Numbered from the stretch's first letter, positions 1 through 10,027 are shown. The stretch: DNA of 64,000 nt from a virus (IMGVR_UViG_3300046522_000316:192001-256000), one strand, 5' to 3'. Made by a program: numbers and translations. The notes: generated by a model not told the origin, from the sequence alone.

Positions 1-2
1 CT

Positions 3-326
3 TCGGATTCCGTTGACGCAACCAAAGACACGGATTACAACAACGCTATTATCAACGCCTTGGAGCAAGTTGCAATTTCCGAGGGTAATAAATACGTTGT
101 TTCTTTCATGTCGCGTCTGAACACCACGCGTTACGCCTACACCTACGAACTGGATATGGTCGGCTACACTTCGGCAGACGTTGTGTCGGAAAACACCGAT
201 ATTCCTCTTCGTGTTTACGGCGAAACTGCTGACCGTAAATATGTTTCGCTTCTGGCGAACGGTGCGAATAACACCGGCATGCGTATCGTGACCATCAAGG
301 AAGGCGGCGGTATTTCGCTGACCTAA
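3..326 (+). CDS. 5'-truncated virion structural protein (jumbo-phage type)
   Basis: Frame is open from the window edge (SDSVDATKDTDYNNAIINALEQ...). The C-terminal LANGANNTGMRIV..GGGI resembles structural proteins found next to jumbo-phage tail genes. Confidence 0.6.
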   Translation, partial: SDSVDATKDTDYNNAIINALEQVAISEGNKYVVSFMSRLNTTRYAYTYELDMVGYTSADVVSENTDIPLRVYGETADRKYVSLLANGANNTGMRIVTIKEGGGISLT

Positions 327-347
327 CAAAGGGATTAATTTCCCTCG

Positions 348-377
348 AAAGGGGGCCTTGTGTCCCCTTTTCTTTTT
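348..377 (+). terminator. Intrinsic terminator-like hairpin
   Basis: aaagggg-gccttgtgt-ccccttt followed by a T-rich tract, between two + genes. Confidence 0.6.
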
Positions 378-389
378 GGAGAATTTTCT

Positions 390-1457
390 ATGTCCCTTTT
401 GCAACACGACGGATTTGATAACTACGGCACGACTACGCTGAACGGCGTGGGCACCGTCGCAAATATCCAGTGGTTGAGTCGCGGTTATGTGCAGCCTACG
501 GGCGCCTGTTCCTGCTCGACCGCCTACGGTAAAAACAGTGGTTCGCTTGGCGTTGGTTTGAACGCTGCAACCACCGATCAGGTTTGGATTAAACGTCCGA
601 TTAAACCTGAATCTTTTTTCTCTACCGGCGTCGCTTACACTCCGACCGTCCGCGTAGTTAAAGGATTTGCTGCACGTTTCGTTCTGCAACCAACGGGCAA
701 CCTTGTGTTTGCGCGAATCGCGGGCGTGAACGTTTCGGTTGGTTCCGATTGGTACATTTACGTCGATGGCGTGAACACCAATTACCAAATCGAATTGAAC
801 ATCTGGAACTTTGTTGAACTGGTGGTAGATATCGCCAACAACAAATTCGAGTTGTGGATGAGTGAAGTGAAGATCCTTGAAAAAGCGATCACCGGATACA
901 CTCTCGATTTTTGGGAGATTCGTTCGCACTTCACCAGCGGCGGTAACACCAGCATTTATCTGCACGTTGACGATCATTATTTGGTGGATGGCGTGGGTTC
1001 GTACAACAACCAACGTATCGGCAAATGCACAACGTTGACCCGTTATCCGACCGCAGATTTTTCGGTGCAAATGACGCCACTGACAGGCACCACGAACTTT
1101 CCGCAGGTCAACCAAGCAACACCAGACGGCGATTCGTCCTACGTGAGTTCGGCCACACCAAACGCGACGGATTTGTACACCAACGTTTCCGCAATTCCAA
1201 CAATCGACGACGCTGCAATCCGTGCAATTTCGATTGCCCCTTCTGTGCGTATGTTGGAACCGGATTCGCTGTCGGTTACTGCCGTTATTAACGTGGGTGG
1301 AACCGAAGCAGTTGGCTACCGGATGAAATTGAAAGCTGCGTCGTACACCAGCGCCGCACACATTTTCGAAGTAAGTCCTGCAACGTCTTTGCCGTGGACA
1401 CCGACAGAAGCACAGAACGTTCGTTTCGGTCAGCGTATTTTGCCGAAACTTCCTTGA
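390..1457 (+). CDS. Putative tail/virion structural protein
   Basis: RBS ggaga before ATG390. MSLLQHDGFDNY N-terminus; beta-rich, rich in G/T/N; appears paralogous to the next gene (shared QRIG junction). Confidence 0.65.
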   Translation: MSLLQHDGFDNYGTTTLNGVGTVANIQWLSRGYVQPTGACSCSTAYGKNSGSLGVGLNAATTDQVWIKRPIKPESFFSTGVAYTPTVRVVKGFAARFVLQPTGNLVFARIAGVNVSVGSDWYIYVDGVNTNYQIELNIWNFVELVVDIANNKFELWMSEVKILEKAITGYTLDFWEIRSHFTSGGNTSIYLHVDDHYLVDGVGSYNNQRIGKCTTLTRYPTADFSVQMTPLTGTTNFPQVNQATPDGDSSYVSSATPNATDLYTNVSAIPTIDDAAIRAISIAPSVRMLEPDSLSVTAVINVGGTEAVGYRMKLKAASYTSAAHIFEVSPATSLPWTPTEAQNVRFGQRILPKLP

Positions 1458-1471
1458 TGTAGGGGAAATTT

Positions 1472-3352
1472 ATGGCACTCATTTATGCTGACGATTATCA
1501 GCAGTGGGCGACGGCGGCGAGTGACAATATTCGGGCAGCGGGATTGTATCCGCAATTCTTGGGCCAGAACGTTCCGGGTTATCAGGGCGAAATGCAAGGC
1601 CTCGGAATTTACCAGCCGTCTTACGCGCAAGGGTACGGCGGCGCTAACTCGATTTTGTATTCGCTTTTGTACGACACAACACGTGGCGCATTAATGGCGG
1701 TGCAGCCTCGTTCCCCTGCCGATGGTCAAGCTGCATTGGCCTCGGGCTTGCGCCGGAAATTTGAATACGACGGCGACACGCTTTATTTCGGAACCACGAT
1801 TGAATTCGGTGGCGTTACTCCAATGTACAGCGGCGATTTTCTGATTTTCGGAAATAACCCGGACGGCGTAACGTTCACAGGTTCCGATCAGGTTGGCACC
1901 TACTTGTATGGTGTGGGAATTGATGCGGATGGTTTTTTCACATTCAACGGAATTTCCACAACTGTTCCCGTGTATTACAAACCGGCGACCACGTTGGTTT
2001 ATATCGACGTGGTTTTCACACCAACCACAATGGAACTCTGGATTAACGATGCGAAGGCCGCGACACAATCGCGTCAAAACCTGAAGCTGAAAGAATTCGG
2101 ATTGACTGCCGGGAAATTGGTAAAGGTAACTGCTGCGAATTTCTGTATATGGATTCACAGCGTAATCATTGCCGACAACACGCCGGGATTCGGCCAGCGT
2201 ATCGGGCGCAAGCGTGCAAAGACTGAACAAGTACAAACCACGCCCACAATCGAAACCGGATTAATACCAGTAGCAGGACAAACGGCGTTGGCGATCATCC
2301 GCAAATTCGCCTCGGGGCCGACAAACGAATCCGATGGGAATATGCTCGGCAGCTTGGCGTCACCGTTGCCTTTTGTGCGAAATGATTTCGGTGGTACGCG
2401 CACGGCCACGAAAAAACCGTATGCGACTGCTATGAATATTCAGGTTAAACGTCTATTTCCGTCACCTGACGGGATGGCGGTTCACCCGTATGTGACGATT
2501 GCAGGAACCAAGGTTTACGGGGATAAAGTTTTACCAAGCTCGACATGGAAAATGTTTCACGTGCCGTTTCCAATTGCTGCTGACCAGACGTTTTCCGCTT
2601 TTAACTTCGGTTATGAACACGACTACAAAGACCTCAACAAAGTCTACGCAGTTGATCGACAAAATACCGAAGTATACGGCGACTCTGGTTTGGTTTCCGG
2701 CAATTGGTACAAGGCTACGGATTTGATCGCGTATGACTCCGCACGTTTCACCACTGGCGGGTTCACCGATTACAACAACAAATTCATAGCGCCGCTTTCG
2801 GACACTGCGACACTTCCATACAAAGCCGGGCAGTCGTTTAAATACGGCGAAGGTATTCACCTCGGTGAAGGCGGCGGGCTTTATACGGCGGTTGGTGCGT
2901 TGGCTCCATCCGTGTTTGCGAATCCGTGGACGCTGGATTTTTGGGCTAAAGAAACAGTGGATAACGCAATCACTTCTCTTTGGTTCATGTGTACAGCAAT
3001 CCCTGTCAATTTGAATGACCGTATTTTGATCGGGGTACACGACGTTAGCACCACGAAAATGTCGTTGTGGAATAACACGTCTAACGCACGTTTTATTTCC
3101 ACATGGAACGCCCCGCTTTCCAGCACCGCTTGGCGTCATTGGGCGTTTGTTTTCGACGGTGCAAAAACATCGGTTTATGTTAACGGTGTTTTGGTGGGCA
3201 CACTGGATTACCCTGTCGCGGCTTTCACTTCGCGCCTCGGTATTCAGAACCGCACGTTGCAGACCACCAGCCGCGCAATCATTGAGCGTTATCGTTTGCG
3301 TGCCGGTACTGCGTGGACAGCCAACTTCGATCCGGAAACAATCTACAATTGA
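1472..3352 (+). CDS. Tail structural protein with C-terminal LamG/concanavalin A-like domain
   Basis: WTLDFWAK...WRHWAFVFDGAKTSVYVNGVLVG is a typical LamG pattern; RBS gggga. Confidence 0.7.
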   Translation: MALIYADDYQQWATAASDNIRAAGLYPQFLGQNVPGYQGEMQGLGIYQPSYAQGYGGANSILYSLLYDTTRGALMAVQPRSPADGQAALASGLRRKFEYDGDTLYFGTTIEFGGVTPMYSGDFLIFGNNPDGVTFTGSDQVGTYLYGVGIDADGFFTFNGISTTVPVYYKPATTLVYIDVVFTPTTMELWINDAKAATQSRQNLKLKEFGLTAGKLVKVTAANFCIWIHSVIIADNTPGFGQRIGRKRAKTEQVQTTPTIETGLIPVAGQTALAIIRKFASGPTNESDGNMLGSLASPLPFVRNDFGGTRTATKKPYATAMNIQVKRLFPSPDGMAVHPYVTIAGTKVYGDKVLPSSTWKMFHVPFPIAADQTFSAFNFGYEHDYKDLNKVYAVDRQNTEVYGDSGLVSGNWYKATDLIAYDSARFTTGGFTDYNNKFIAPLSDTATLPYKAGQSFKYGEGIHLGEGGGLYTAVGALAPSVFANPWTLDFWAKETVDNAITSLWFMCTAIPVNLNDRILIGVHDVSTTKMSLWNNTSNARFISTWNAPLSSTAWRHWAFVFDGAKTSVYVNGVLVGTLDYPVAAFTSRLGIQNRTLQTTSRAIIERYRLRAGTAWTANFDPETIYN

Positions 3353-3358
3353 TGCACC

Positions 3359-3389
3359 AAATGCCCTGAGTAAAATCGGGGCATTTTTC
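3359..3389 (+). terminator. Intrinsic terminator
   Basis: atgccctga-gtaaaa-tcggggcat followed by tttt. Confidence 0.7.
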
Positions 3390-3401
3390 TAAGGAGTGGC
3401 T

Positions 3402-5522
3402 ATGAAGTTACTGAATACCATCGTGTTGCCAAATCAATTGGCAGCGCAGGGAATTAACCACGTCGCCATTTATCAGAATGGTGCGGTTTCTACTTACCTG
3501 AAAGACAAAATAAATTCCAAACTCACGGCTACAGGGCCAACGACCGCTGTGCCAAATGCACGCACCGTCAGAATCAGTCCGAGCGGTGAATATATCGGTG
3601 TACAGAGCGACACCAAAACCGTGCGCATTCGTAACGGTGTGCAGGAATCTTTCGACAATAACGTTGGTTCTTTCGGCATTGCGGACACGGGCCATATCGT
3701 AATGATCGCGCTGGCGTCTGGCGCCGTGCAGGTTATTGATTCGTCGGTAACGAACCTGACGGTGGCTGTGACCGATGACGACCGTGTGGTGTGTGCGAAA
3801 GGCCGCTACATGGTTTACAACCGGGCACGAACCATCACGGCCAATTACACCGACCTCGTTTTGACGCCGGTTGCGTCTGCAAAAGAAATCGTTTATGTGA
3901 CGCACGATCACAACGGAAAATTCGTTGTGTTTTATTCTGATAATACCTTCAGCTACGACGGCGCAGCGGCCAAGACATTTAACGCTCCGGCCCAAGGCTT
4001 CCGCGATGTAGGCGATCAGATTCTCTGCACCGATATGAAAAACGATTGGGCGCTAAACCATTCCAAACCGCAGGCATTTCCTGAACTGGTGCGCAAATTT
4101 AAATGGACTGTTCCGGCTGATCAGAACACCGATTTTGCCAGCCTTCGTTTGATGGCGCCGGGTTCTGGATTCACCACTGCCAATTTCGATTTGAAAAATG
4201 GTGTGGTTGTACAGGACGCCACCGACGTAACTTCCGTATCTGATTCGCCTTATGGTGTGACGGGCAAAAGCCTTTCGTTCAATGGCACCACGTCCAACCT
4301 GCGCACAGCTGATAGCGCGAATATCACGTTGGGCGCCGCAGATTTCACAATTGAATTGTTTGTAAAAATCAATTCGGGAACCACATCAATTACGACCCTT
4401 GTGCAAAAAGGCGGCGGGGCAACCATCGCTTGGCCTAGCTTTTTGCTTCAGGCGGTTGTTGCATCAAAAGCATTCTGCTTCGCTGCATCTTTCAACAATA
4501 CCGGCGCAGACGTTGGCACATTTGATGGCCCCGGTGCTTGGGGCGCATTTGAATTCGATGTGTGGACTCACATTGCAATCACGCGGAAAGGGAATACTTG
4601 GCGCTGTTTCCAAGACGGTAAACTGCGTGCGAAATATACCGGCAACGGAACGCTGTTCCCTAACACCGGACGCGGTATTACCATCGGCGGCTCGCGTGGC
4701 ACCAACTACACTTCCGGCGCCCTGTACGGCCAGCTGAAAGGTAATGTCAACGGATTCCAAATTCTGAATTATGCGAAATATACGCATGATTTTTATGCGG
4801 AAACTCTTTCCACAACACCGGCCCTGCCATCGAATGGCGTACCGGGTGCAGGTTCTCCGATTGCTGGTGATACCACGTTGGGTTATTACGGCACCGCGAC
4901 TGGCACCGCACTTATTACGGGCGATGCTTTGGCGACCGCAGTTGGATTGTCGGCGGGCGTTTCTGTCAACTCTGATACTCCGTGGTTTAAGTTCGCATCG
5001 AATGGGAAAATTCTGTTCATTCCGAAACTACCGATCCGTTCGAATATCAGTTGGCCGCAGCTTTATGCAGCCGGTTTGGTTTACGGTTTGAATTCTGGTA
5101 TTGGCCCGTTCCCATTGCCAACCGACGCAACTGTGCAGCAAACAAAACGCGTAACAATTAACGGAAACGTTTACAAAGTTCGTTTGATGACTGGCGGTAA
5201 TGCTGACCCGTATCCGAGCGGTGAATTCAACGTGAGCAACCCGGCAAATGCATTGAATTCCGAATATACGCAATTGGTACAGCGTTGCTGGGCACTCGAT
5301 CCAAACGGTGCGCCGTGGGATAACCTTTCCATGGAAGAAATGGGTATTGATGGCGTTCACATTATGTGGTGCCAAGAATCGCATCCGAACGGCCCATTCA
5401 GCCGCGTACATCGTGGTATTTCTGGCCCGGCTGGATTTGGTACGACTGACGGCAATTACACCGACGTTGGCGGTTATACATTCATGTGGCGCCCGGTATT
5501 GGAATTGGTTGGGCCTGCCTAA
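3402..5522 (+). CDS. Tail fibre/receptor-binding-like protein: LamG domain plus phiKZ gp131-like C-terminal domain
   Basis: RBS aaggag. DFTIELFVK...WTHIAITRKG..FQDGKL (LamG). GYYG...LITGDALATAVGLSAG..NSDTPWFKF..GKILFIPKLPIRSNISW resembles jumbo-phage tail-tip domains. Confidence 0.7.
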   Translation: MKLLNTIVLPNQLAAQGINHVAIYQNGAVSTYLKDKINSKLTATGPTTAVPNARTVRISPSGEYIGVQSDTKTVRIRNGVQESFDNNVGSFGIADTGHIVMIALASGAVQVIDSSVTNLTVAVTDDDRVVCAKGRYMVYNRARTITANYTDLVLTPVASAKEIVYVTHDHNGKFVVFYSDNTFSYDGAAAKTFNAPAQGFRDVGDQILCTDMKNDWALNHSKPQAFPELVRKFKWTVPADQNTDFASLRLMAPGSGFTTANFDLKNGVVVQDATDVTSVSDSPYGVTGKSLSFNGTTSNLRTADSANITLGAADFTIELFVKINSGTTSITTLVQKGGGATIAWPSFLLQAVVASKAFCFAASFNNTGADVGTFDGPGAWGAFEFDVWTHIAITRKGNTWRCFQDGKLRAKYTGNGTLFPNTGRGITIGGSRGTNYTSGALYGQLKGNVNGFQILNYAKYTHDFYAETLSTTPALPSNGVPGAGSPIAGDTTLGYYGTATGTALITGDALATAVGLSAGVSVNSDTPWFKFASNGKILFIPKLPIRSNISWPQLYAAGLVYGLNSGIGPFPLPTDATVQQTKRVTINGNVYKVRLMTGGNADPYPSGEFNVSNPANALNSEYTQLVQRCWALDPNGAPWDNLSMEEMGIDGVHIMWCQESHPNGPFSRVHRGISGPAGFGTTDGNYTDVGGYTFMWRPVLELVGPA

Positions 5523-5554
5523 TCATTAAATGGATTTTAAATAAAGGGGTTCCA

Positions 5555-6316
5555 ATGCGTTTTATTCTAGCCACCGTAATTTATCTATATAGTTCGATGC
5601 TTTGGTGCCAAGAACTGTACGTGCAATCTCAGACGATCACCGATCTTTACGGCTCAGTTTTTCTCGATAAACTGGACGCAAAAAACGTGATATTTCTGGA
5701 ACGGCAAGCGAAACCTCCCGAGGTCAAACACGCCGTAACGCAATACGCCTTGGCGCACAAGTTCGACAAGATAGTGGTACTCGGACAAAAGCAGGATTTG
5801 GAAGGCGATTACTTCCCGATCCTGACGCAATTCGAAGTGCCAGCAATCCTAACCGGATCGCCAGTCTATCTGCTGCAAGGGACGGGCCGTCTCGCGCAAG
5901 AACGAAAGAAAATGTTTGAGAGTTTGAAGCCCGAAGAATTCGAAATCAAAACCGATTACGATCTGCGAAAAGCACTTGTTGCTCTCCAGAAAAAGCCGAA
6001 AGGTTTTATCGTGATCAACGTTTTTACGATGGCGGATTCGTGGGGCGACAAACGCAACTATCAGACAATTGAAGAAACTGTAATCCTGCACAGGACTGGT
6101 CACGTTGAGGTCGGTGTGTGTTACGCCGGATTTAAAACGGCGCTTGCGGTTGGCCCTACAGCCGATCCCATAGACGTAAAAACGGTCTTGGCCTCCGGTA
6201 AATCCGGAAGCTTGTGTGCAAACCTCGACCGTCTGCGTCTACTGGATAGATTGGATCTATATTCGCAGTCGGCAGGGAAATTCTACCGTGTCAATTCTCA
6301 CGCGTTCGACGATTAG
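5555..6316 (+). CDS. Hypothetical exported protein
   Basis: RBS aaagggg; signal-peptide-like N-terminus MRFILATVIYLYSSMLWC. Confidence 0.6.
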   Translation: MRFILATVIYLYSSMLWCQELYVQSQTITDLYGSVFLDKLDAKNVIFLERQAKPPEVKHAVTQYALAHKFDKIVVLGQKQDLEGDYFPILTQFEVPAILTGSPVYLLQGTGRLAQERKKMFESLKPEEFEIKTDYDLRKALVALQKKPKGFIVINVFTMADSWGDKRNYQTIEETVILHRTGHVEVGVCYAGFKTALAVGPTADPIDVKTVLASGKSGSLCANLDRLRLLDRLDLYSQSAGKFYRVNSHAFDD

Positions 6317-6572
6317 CAAAGGCATAATCTTGAGCATCGTGGTTGTACTTGTCTGGACAGTGTTCTCATTTAATTGGAACAGGCCGGGCAAACCCACGGT
6401 GCGAGAGAGTTACGAATGCATTGTAAAAATATGCAGTGATCTTCCGGGGGCTGGGGACGCTTGCTTGGTGCAAAAACCTAAAATAACGAAAATAATAATC
6501 AGCGAATTTGATGGCGCTGTGACGGTGCAATTCACCCCAACCACAGATAGGTGCGCCGATGGGAGCGATTGA
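6288..6572 (+). CDS. Small single-pass membrane protein with Cys-containing periplasmic part
   Basis: GTG start with gcaggga RBS; hydrophobic GIILSIVVVLVWTVF. Confidence 0.55.
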   Translation: MSILTRSTISKGIILSIVVVLVWTVFSFNWNRPGKPTVRESYECIVKICSDLPGAGDACLVQKPKITKIIISEFDGAVTVQFTPTTDRCADGSD

Positions 6573-7041
6573 CGTTCTTTACTCCAGTCCGATCCCGGTA
6601 TCATTGGCGATTGGATTCAATCTGATATTGCTGGCTGTCGGCTGGTTGTTTGTTCTGCCATTGCATGAGGAAGTAAAATCCCTTCGTAAGCGGGCTGAAA
6701 ATTTCGACAACAGCTACATTCAGAGTGTTGATGCAATTAAAAAAATGCAGGACGATTTGGACGAAATTCTTGGTGTGGTAAAACACCCGGACACACAGGC
6801 CTTAACGTCTTTGGCAGTTGTTTGCGATTCTTTAATGTCACAGGTAAATGACATTCGCAACAATTTAGGTAAGGAAGACCCGAGGGAACGTGCCGAGCTT
6901 TTGAATTTGCTTGAATCACTTGAACGTAATTCGGAACGTATTCTGCGCACGGTTTCTGATGTAAGCGATAAACAAAGTCAAGTTACGGGCTTAATGCTCG
7001 GATTAGGCATGCAGCGCGGCAACCCGCCACGCGGCGTTTGA
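6559..7041 (+). CDS. N-anchored coiled-coil membrane protein
   Basis: One TM segment followed by heptad-rich helical sequence. Confidence 0.6.
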   Translation: MGAIDVLYSSPIPVSLAIGFNLILLAVGWLFVLPLHEEVKSLRKRAENFDNSYIQSVDAIKKMQDDLDEILGVVKHPDTQALTSLAVVCDSLMSQVNDIRNNLGKEDPRERAELLNLLESLERNSERILRTVSDVSDKQSQVTGLMLGLGMQRGNPPRGV

Positions 7042-7048
7042 GGCTCAT

Positions 7049-7840
7049 ATGGCACCTTTCACTCCTAACAATATCCGTTTTCGTTCCGTCGCCGCGTACA
7101 CTCTTGAGCATTTCTATAGCACGAAAGCTTACATGCTCGACGTGGTGATCAACGAGCAAAACCAATTCAGCGAAGCAGCGAAAGAAACGCTGCTTTTGCT
7201 TTTCAATTCGTACAGTAAATGGGCCACGGATATCGAACAGATATTCCTGAACCGCCCGACGCTGACACGACAGGAAATTGAAGCGACACTGGAAGCCGAA
7301 GCAGAAGTGCAGGCACGCCACCGTCAAATCTTCGAAGAAAATACGCATTTGTTTTTGCCGAAGTTCATCGAGATTTGGTACAGCGTAAACGCCCACACTC
7401 GCAAAGCTTTTCAGACGCTCATTCGCAGCGCAGAAGGACAATCGCATCTTGAGGCCTACCCCATTATCATGGCGGCACTCGGATCGAATCTGCAAAACTG
7501 CATGTACGAACTTTATGAAATTGATTGCTTGCTAGGCGGCGATTTTGTTGAAGACCGTTGCAGTACCAACCGTTCGAACAGTAATCGGATGGTTATTTAC
7601 GTGGACAATTTTGCCCTTGATTATTTTTACAAAACGGGCGTGTTCATGTGTGAAGAAAGGATTCGATACTACAACACAATTGCATGTCGTCGATTACCCA
7701 CCCTCGTTAAAAATCATTCCACCTGTAACCTCAGTTACTCCGGTGTAATCGAAGGGGACGAACCGCTGGCAACCCTTTTGAAGCGGTGCGCAGAATATGT
7801 CGATATTATTGATGTAGAGACGCCGCGAAATCCAGCATAA
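7049..7840 (+). CDS. Hypothetical protein
   Basis: 263-aa ORF filling the gap, gagg RBS. Confidence 0.6.
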   Translation: MAPFTPNNIRFRSVAAYTLEHFYSTKAYMLDVVINEQNQFSEAAKETLLLLFNSYSKWATDIEQIFLNRPTLTRQEIEATLEAEAEVQARHRQIFEENTHLFLPKFIEIWYSVNAHTRKAFQTLIRSAEGQSHLEAYPIIMAALGSNLQNCMYELYEIDCLLGGDFVEDRCSTNRSNSNRMVIYVDNFALDYFYKTGVFMCEERIRYYNTIACRRLPTLVKNHSTCNLSYSGVIEGDEPLATLLKRCAEYVDIIDVETPRNPA

Positions 7841-7856
7841 GGAAGAGGATTTTCAA

Positions 7857-9524
7857 ATGGCTGCAAATATTAATGGTAGCTTGCGCGTAGCCGGTCAGGT
7901 TCTGAACCTGAAACCGGAAAACCTTGGCGTTGACCCAACGGGCGGCGGTTTGGTTGAATCGCGTCTTTGGTACAACACTGTTTCGAAAGCATTCAAGTTT
8001 TACAACGGCACGGCTGTTGTTGATTTGGCTGCTGGCGGTATTTCGCAAGAAGACCTCGAAACCGCACTTCTGCCGTATGCAGAAACCACCGATGTAAACT
8101 CTGCAATTACCGCCGCCATTACCGATTTGGTTTCTGGCACGGAAATGCAGAACGCAATCGACAACGCGCTGGCTGGTCTGGATTTCCAAGCCGACGTGCT
8201 GGGCCTCGAAGGCGATTACGTTGCAACTCCGGGCCGTTACATTTTTGTTGACGGTGCGAAATTCACTTCTGGCGTTGCTGCCGCTGCTGGCGATATCGTC
8301 ACTGTCGATGCAGCCGGTGTAATTCTGACCGTTGCCTACGATGTTTCCGCTGCTGGCCCCGGTGCTTTGGCGTGGAATCGTGCAGGCGTTGAATGGCTGC
8401 GCTGGAACGGAACCGACTGGGCTGAATTTGGTGGCCTGACTGGTTTCACCGCTGGCGACGGTATCGAAAAAACTGGCGATGTTGTTTCCGTGAAATTGGA
8501 CGGCGCTTCGCTGACCAAATCAGGCGCCGGTTTGAAAGTTGGCGATCTTTCCGCCACCTACGTTACCCCTGCTGCTCAAACCACTGCGATTAACACCGCA
8601 GTTTCTGGCCTGCAATCTGCTGCACAAGTTGCGGCTGCAATCACTGCTGCTGTTGCGGATTTCCAAGACGCGGACGAAGTGAACACCGCTGTTCTGGCGC
8701 TGCTGGTTGATTACGCAAAAAGCGCTGACGTAACTACCGAAATTTCCACCGCAGTTACCGGTTTGGCTTCGACCGTTTCCGTTAACAACGCGATTGCGAA
8801 CGCGCTTTCTGGTCTGGATTTCCAAGCTGACGTTTTGGGTTTGGAAACTGACTACGCTGGCGTTGCTGGTCGTTACATCATGGTCAACGGTTTGTCGGGC
8901 ATTACCGCCGTTGCAAGTAACACCAACGATATCGTGACCGCAGACGGCGCGGGTCAGGAAGTTTCGTTGGATTACGACGTTTCCGATAAAGGGCCGGGCG
9001 CTCTGGTTTGGAACCGTGCGGCTTCGATGTTCATGCGTTGGAACGGCACCACTTGGGCCGAGTTCGGTGGTCTGACTGGTTTTACTGCCGGTGACGGTAT
9101 CGAAAAAACCGGTGACGTTGTTTCGGTTAAAGCCGATGGCGCTTCTATCACTGTTGGAACCAACGGTATTAAAGTCGGTGATTTGTCGGCCACTTATGTG
9201 ACCCCGGCTGCACTGGCAACTGCTACCGCTGATTTCCTTGTGGAAGCAGACGTAACGCCGCTGGCAACTGCCGTTAACAACGTGCAAACGCAATTGGGCG
9301 CGAGTTTCTTTGCGTTCAGTTCGGGCGCCACTTCGGCAACCACTCACACCATCACGCACAACCTGAATTACCAGTGGCCGATTGTGCAACTGGTAGATCC
9401 GACCACCAACCAAATCATCACCGCCGATAGTGTTGAATTTACTTCGGCAAATGAACTGGTTGTAACTCTGTCCGTGGCCGCGACTCTGCGCGCTTCGATC
9501 AGCTGGTTGAACACCACGCCGTAA
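7857..9524 (+). CDS. Virion fibre/decoration-like structural protein with duplicated domain
   Basis: Strong RBS and strongly biased (high-expression) codons. Ala/Thr/Gly-rich; C-terminal TITHNL..PIVQLVD domain typical of phage fibre/collar proteins. Confidence 0.7.
   Translation: MAANINGSLRVAGQVLNLKPENLGVDPTGGGLVESRLWYNTVSKAFKFYNGTAVVDLAAGGISQEDLETALLPYAETTDVNSAITAAITDLVSGTEMQNAIDNALAGLDFQADVLGLEGDYVATPGRYIFVDGAKFTSGVAAAAGDIVTVDAAGVILTVAYDVSAAGPGALAWNRAGVEWLRWNGTDWAEFGGLTGFTAGDGIEKTGDVVSVKLDGASLTKSGAGLKVGDLSATYVTPAAQTTAINTAVSGLQSAAQVAAAITAAVADFQDADEVNTAVLALLVDYAKSADVTTEISTAVTGLASTVSVNNAIANALSGLDFQADVLGLETDYAGVAGRYIMVNGLSGITAVASNTNDIVTADGAGQEVSLDYDVSDKGPGALVWNRAASMFMRWNGTTWAEFGGLTGFTAGDGIEKTGDVVSVKADGASITVGTNGIKVGDLSATYVTPAALATATADFLVEADVTPLATAVNNVQTQLGASFFAFSSGATSATTHTITHNLNYQWPIVQLVDPTTNQIITADSVEFTSANELVVTLSVAATLRASISWLNTTP
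8151..9212 (+). repeat. Intragenic direct duplication, about 425-nt copies at a 636-nt period (8151-8576 and 8787-9212)
   Basis: GLDFQADVLGLE...WAEFGGLTGFTAGDGIEKTGDVVSVK...KVGDLSATYVTPAA occurs twice. Confidence 0.9.
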
Positions 9525-9540
9525 TTGCTACAAACTAGAT

Positions 9541-9571
9541 CGGGGGCCATGTGCCCCCTTTCTTTTCTTTT
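9541..9571 (+). terminator. Intrinsic terminator
   Basis: gggggc-catgt-gccccc followed by a long T tract; similar to the 348-377 hairpin. Confidence 0.75.
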
Positions 9572-9591
9572 GTTTCGGGGGAGGATTTTTT

Positions 9592-9762
9592 ATGCTGGTC
9601 TGGATTGATGCAAAACCTGTGAAAAATGAAGCGATGAAACGCAAAATGAAACGCCTGACAAAACGTAAAGTTCTGAACCGTCAAGATACTATCGACGACG
9701 AAGGCCTTACTGCTGGTCAGGGACGCGGGCCGGAAACTCCATTCAATAAACAGGGGCTGTAA
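9592..9762 (+). CDS. Small basic protein (56 aa, not in ORF track)
   Basis: ggggagg RBS; MLVWIDAKPVKNEAMKRKMKRLTKRKVLNRQDTIDDEGLTAGQGRGPETPFNKQGL; stop abuts the next ATG. Confidence 0.6.
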   Translation: MLVWIDAKPVKNEAMKRKMKRLTKRKVLNRQDTIDDEGLTAGQGRGPETPFNKQGL

Positions 9763-9763
9763 A

Positions 9764-10027
9764 ATGGAAACAATCAAAAAATACGGGGGTTATTTTCTGG
9801 CGGGGATTATCTTCGTGCTGTCGATTGCAGCCGTAGTTTTTCAACGCAAAGAAAAACCACAACCCGAGTCCGACACTTTCAAAGGCGACCGACTGGAAGA
9901 CAAGGTGCAGACCGCACCGATTCAGGAAGCGCACGAACACATCATAGAAACCTTGAAGCCCGTTCCAAAGACGGAATCCAAGGATATGGCGAGCGCGATT
10001 GACGCGTGGAAAAAAGCAGGAGATTAG
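9764..10027 (+). CDS. N-anchored membrane protein, possible i-spanin-like lysis component
   Basis: Single N-terminal TM helix; lies in the lysis-like cluster. Confidence 0.45.
   Translation: METIKKYGGYFLAGIIFVLSIAAVVFQRKEKPQPESDTFKGDRLEDKVQTAPIQEAHEHIIETLKPVPKTESKDMASAIDAWKKAGD

Noticed and set aside
8520-9413. Minus-strand ORFs within the fibre gene, including the duplicated 73-aa pair
   Set aside because: Shadow frames that simply mirror the intragenic duplication
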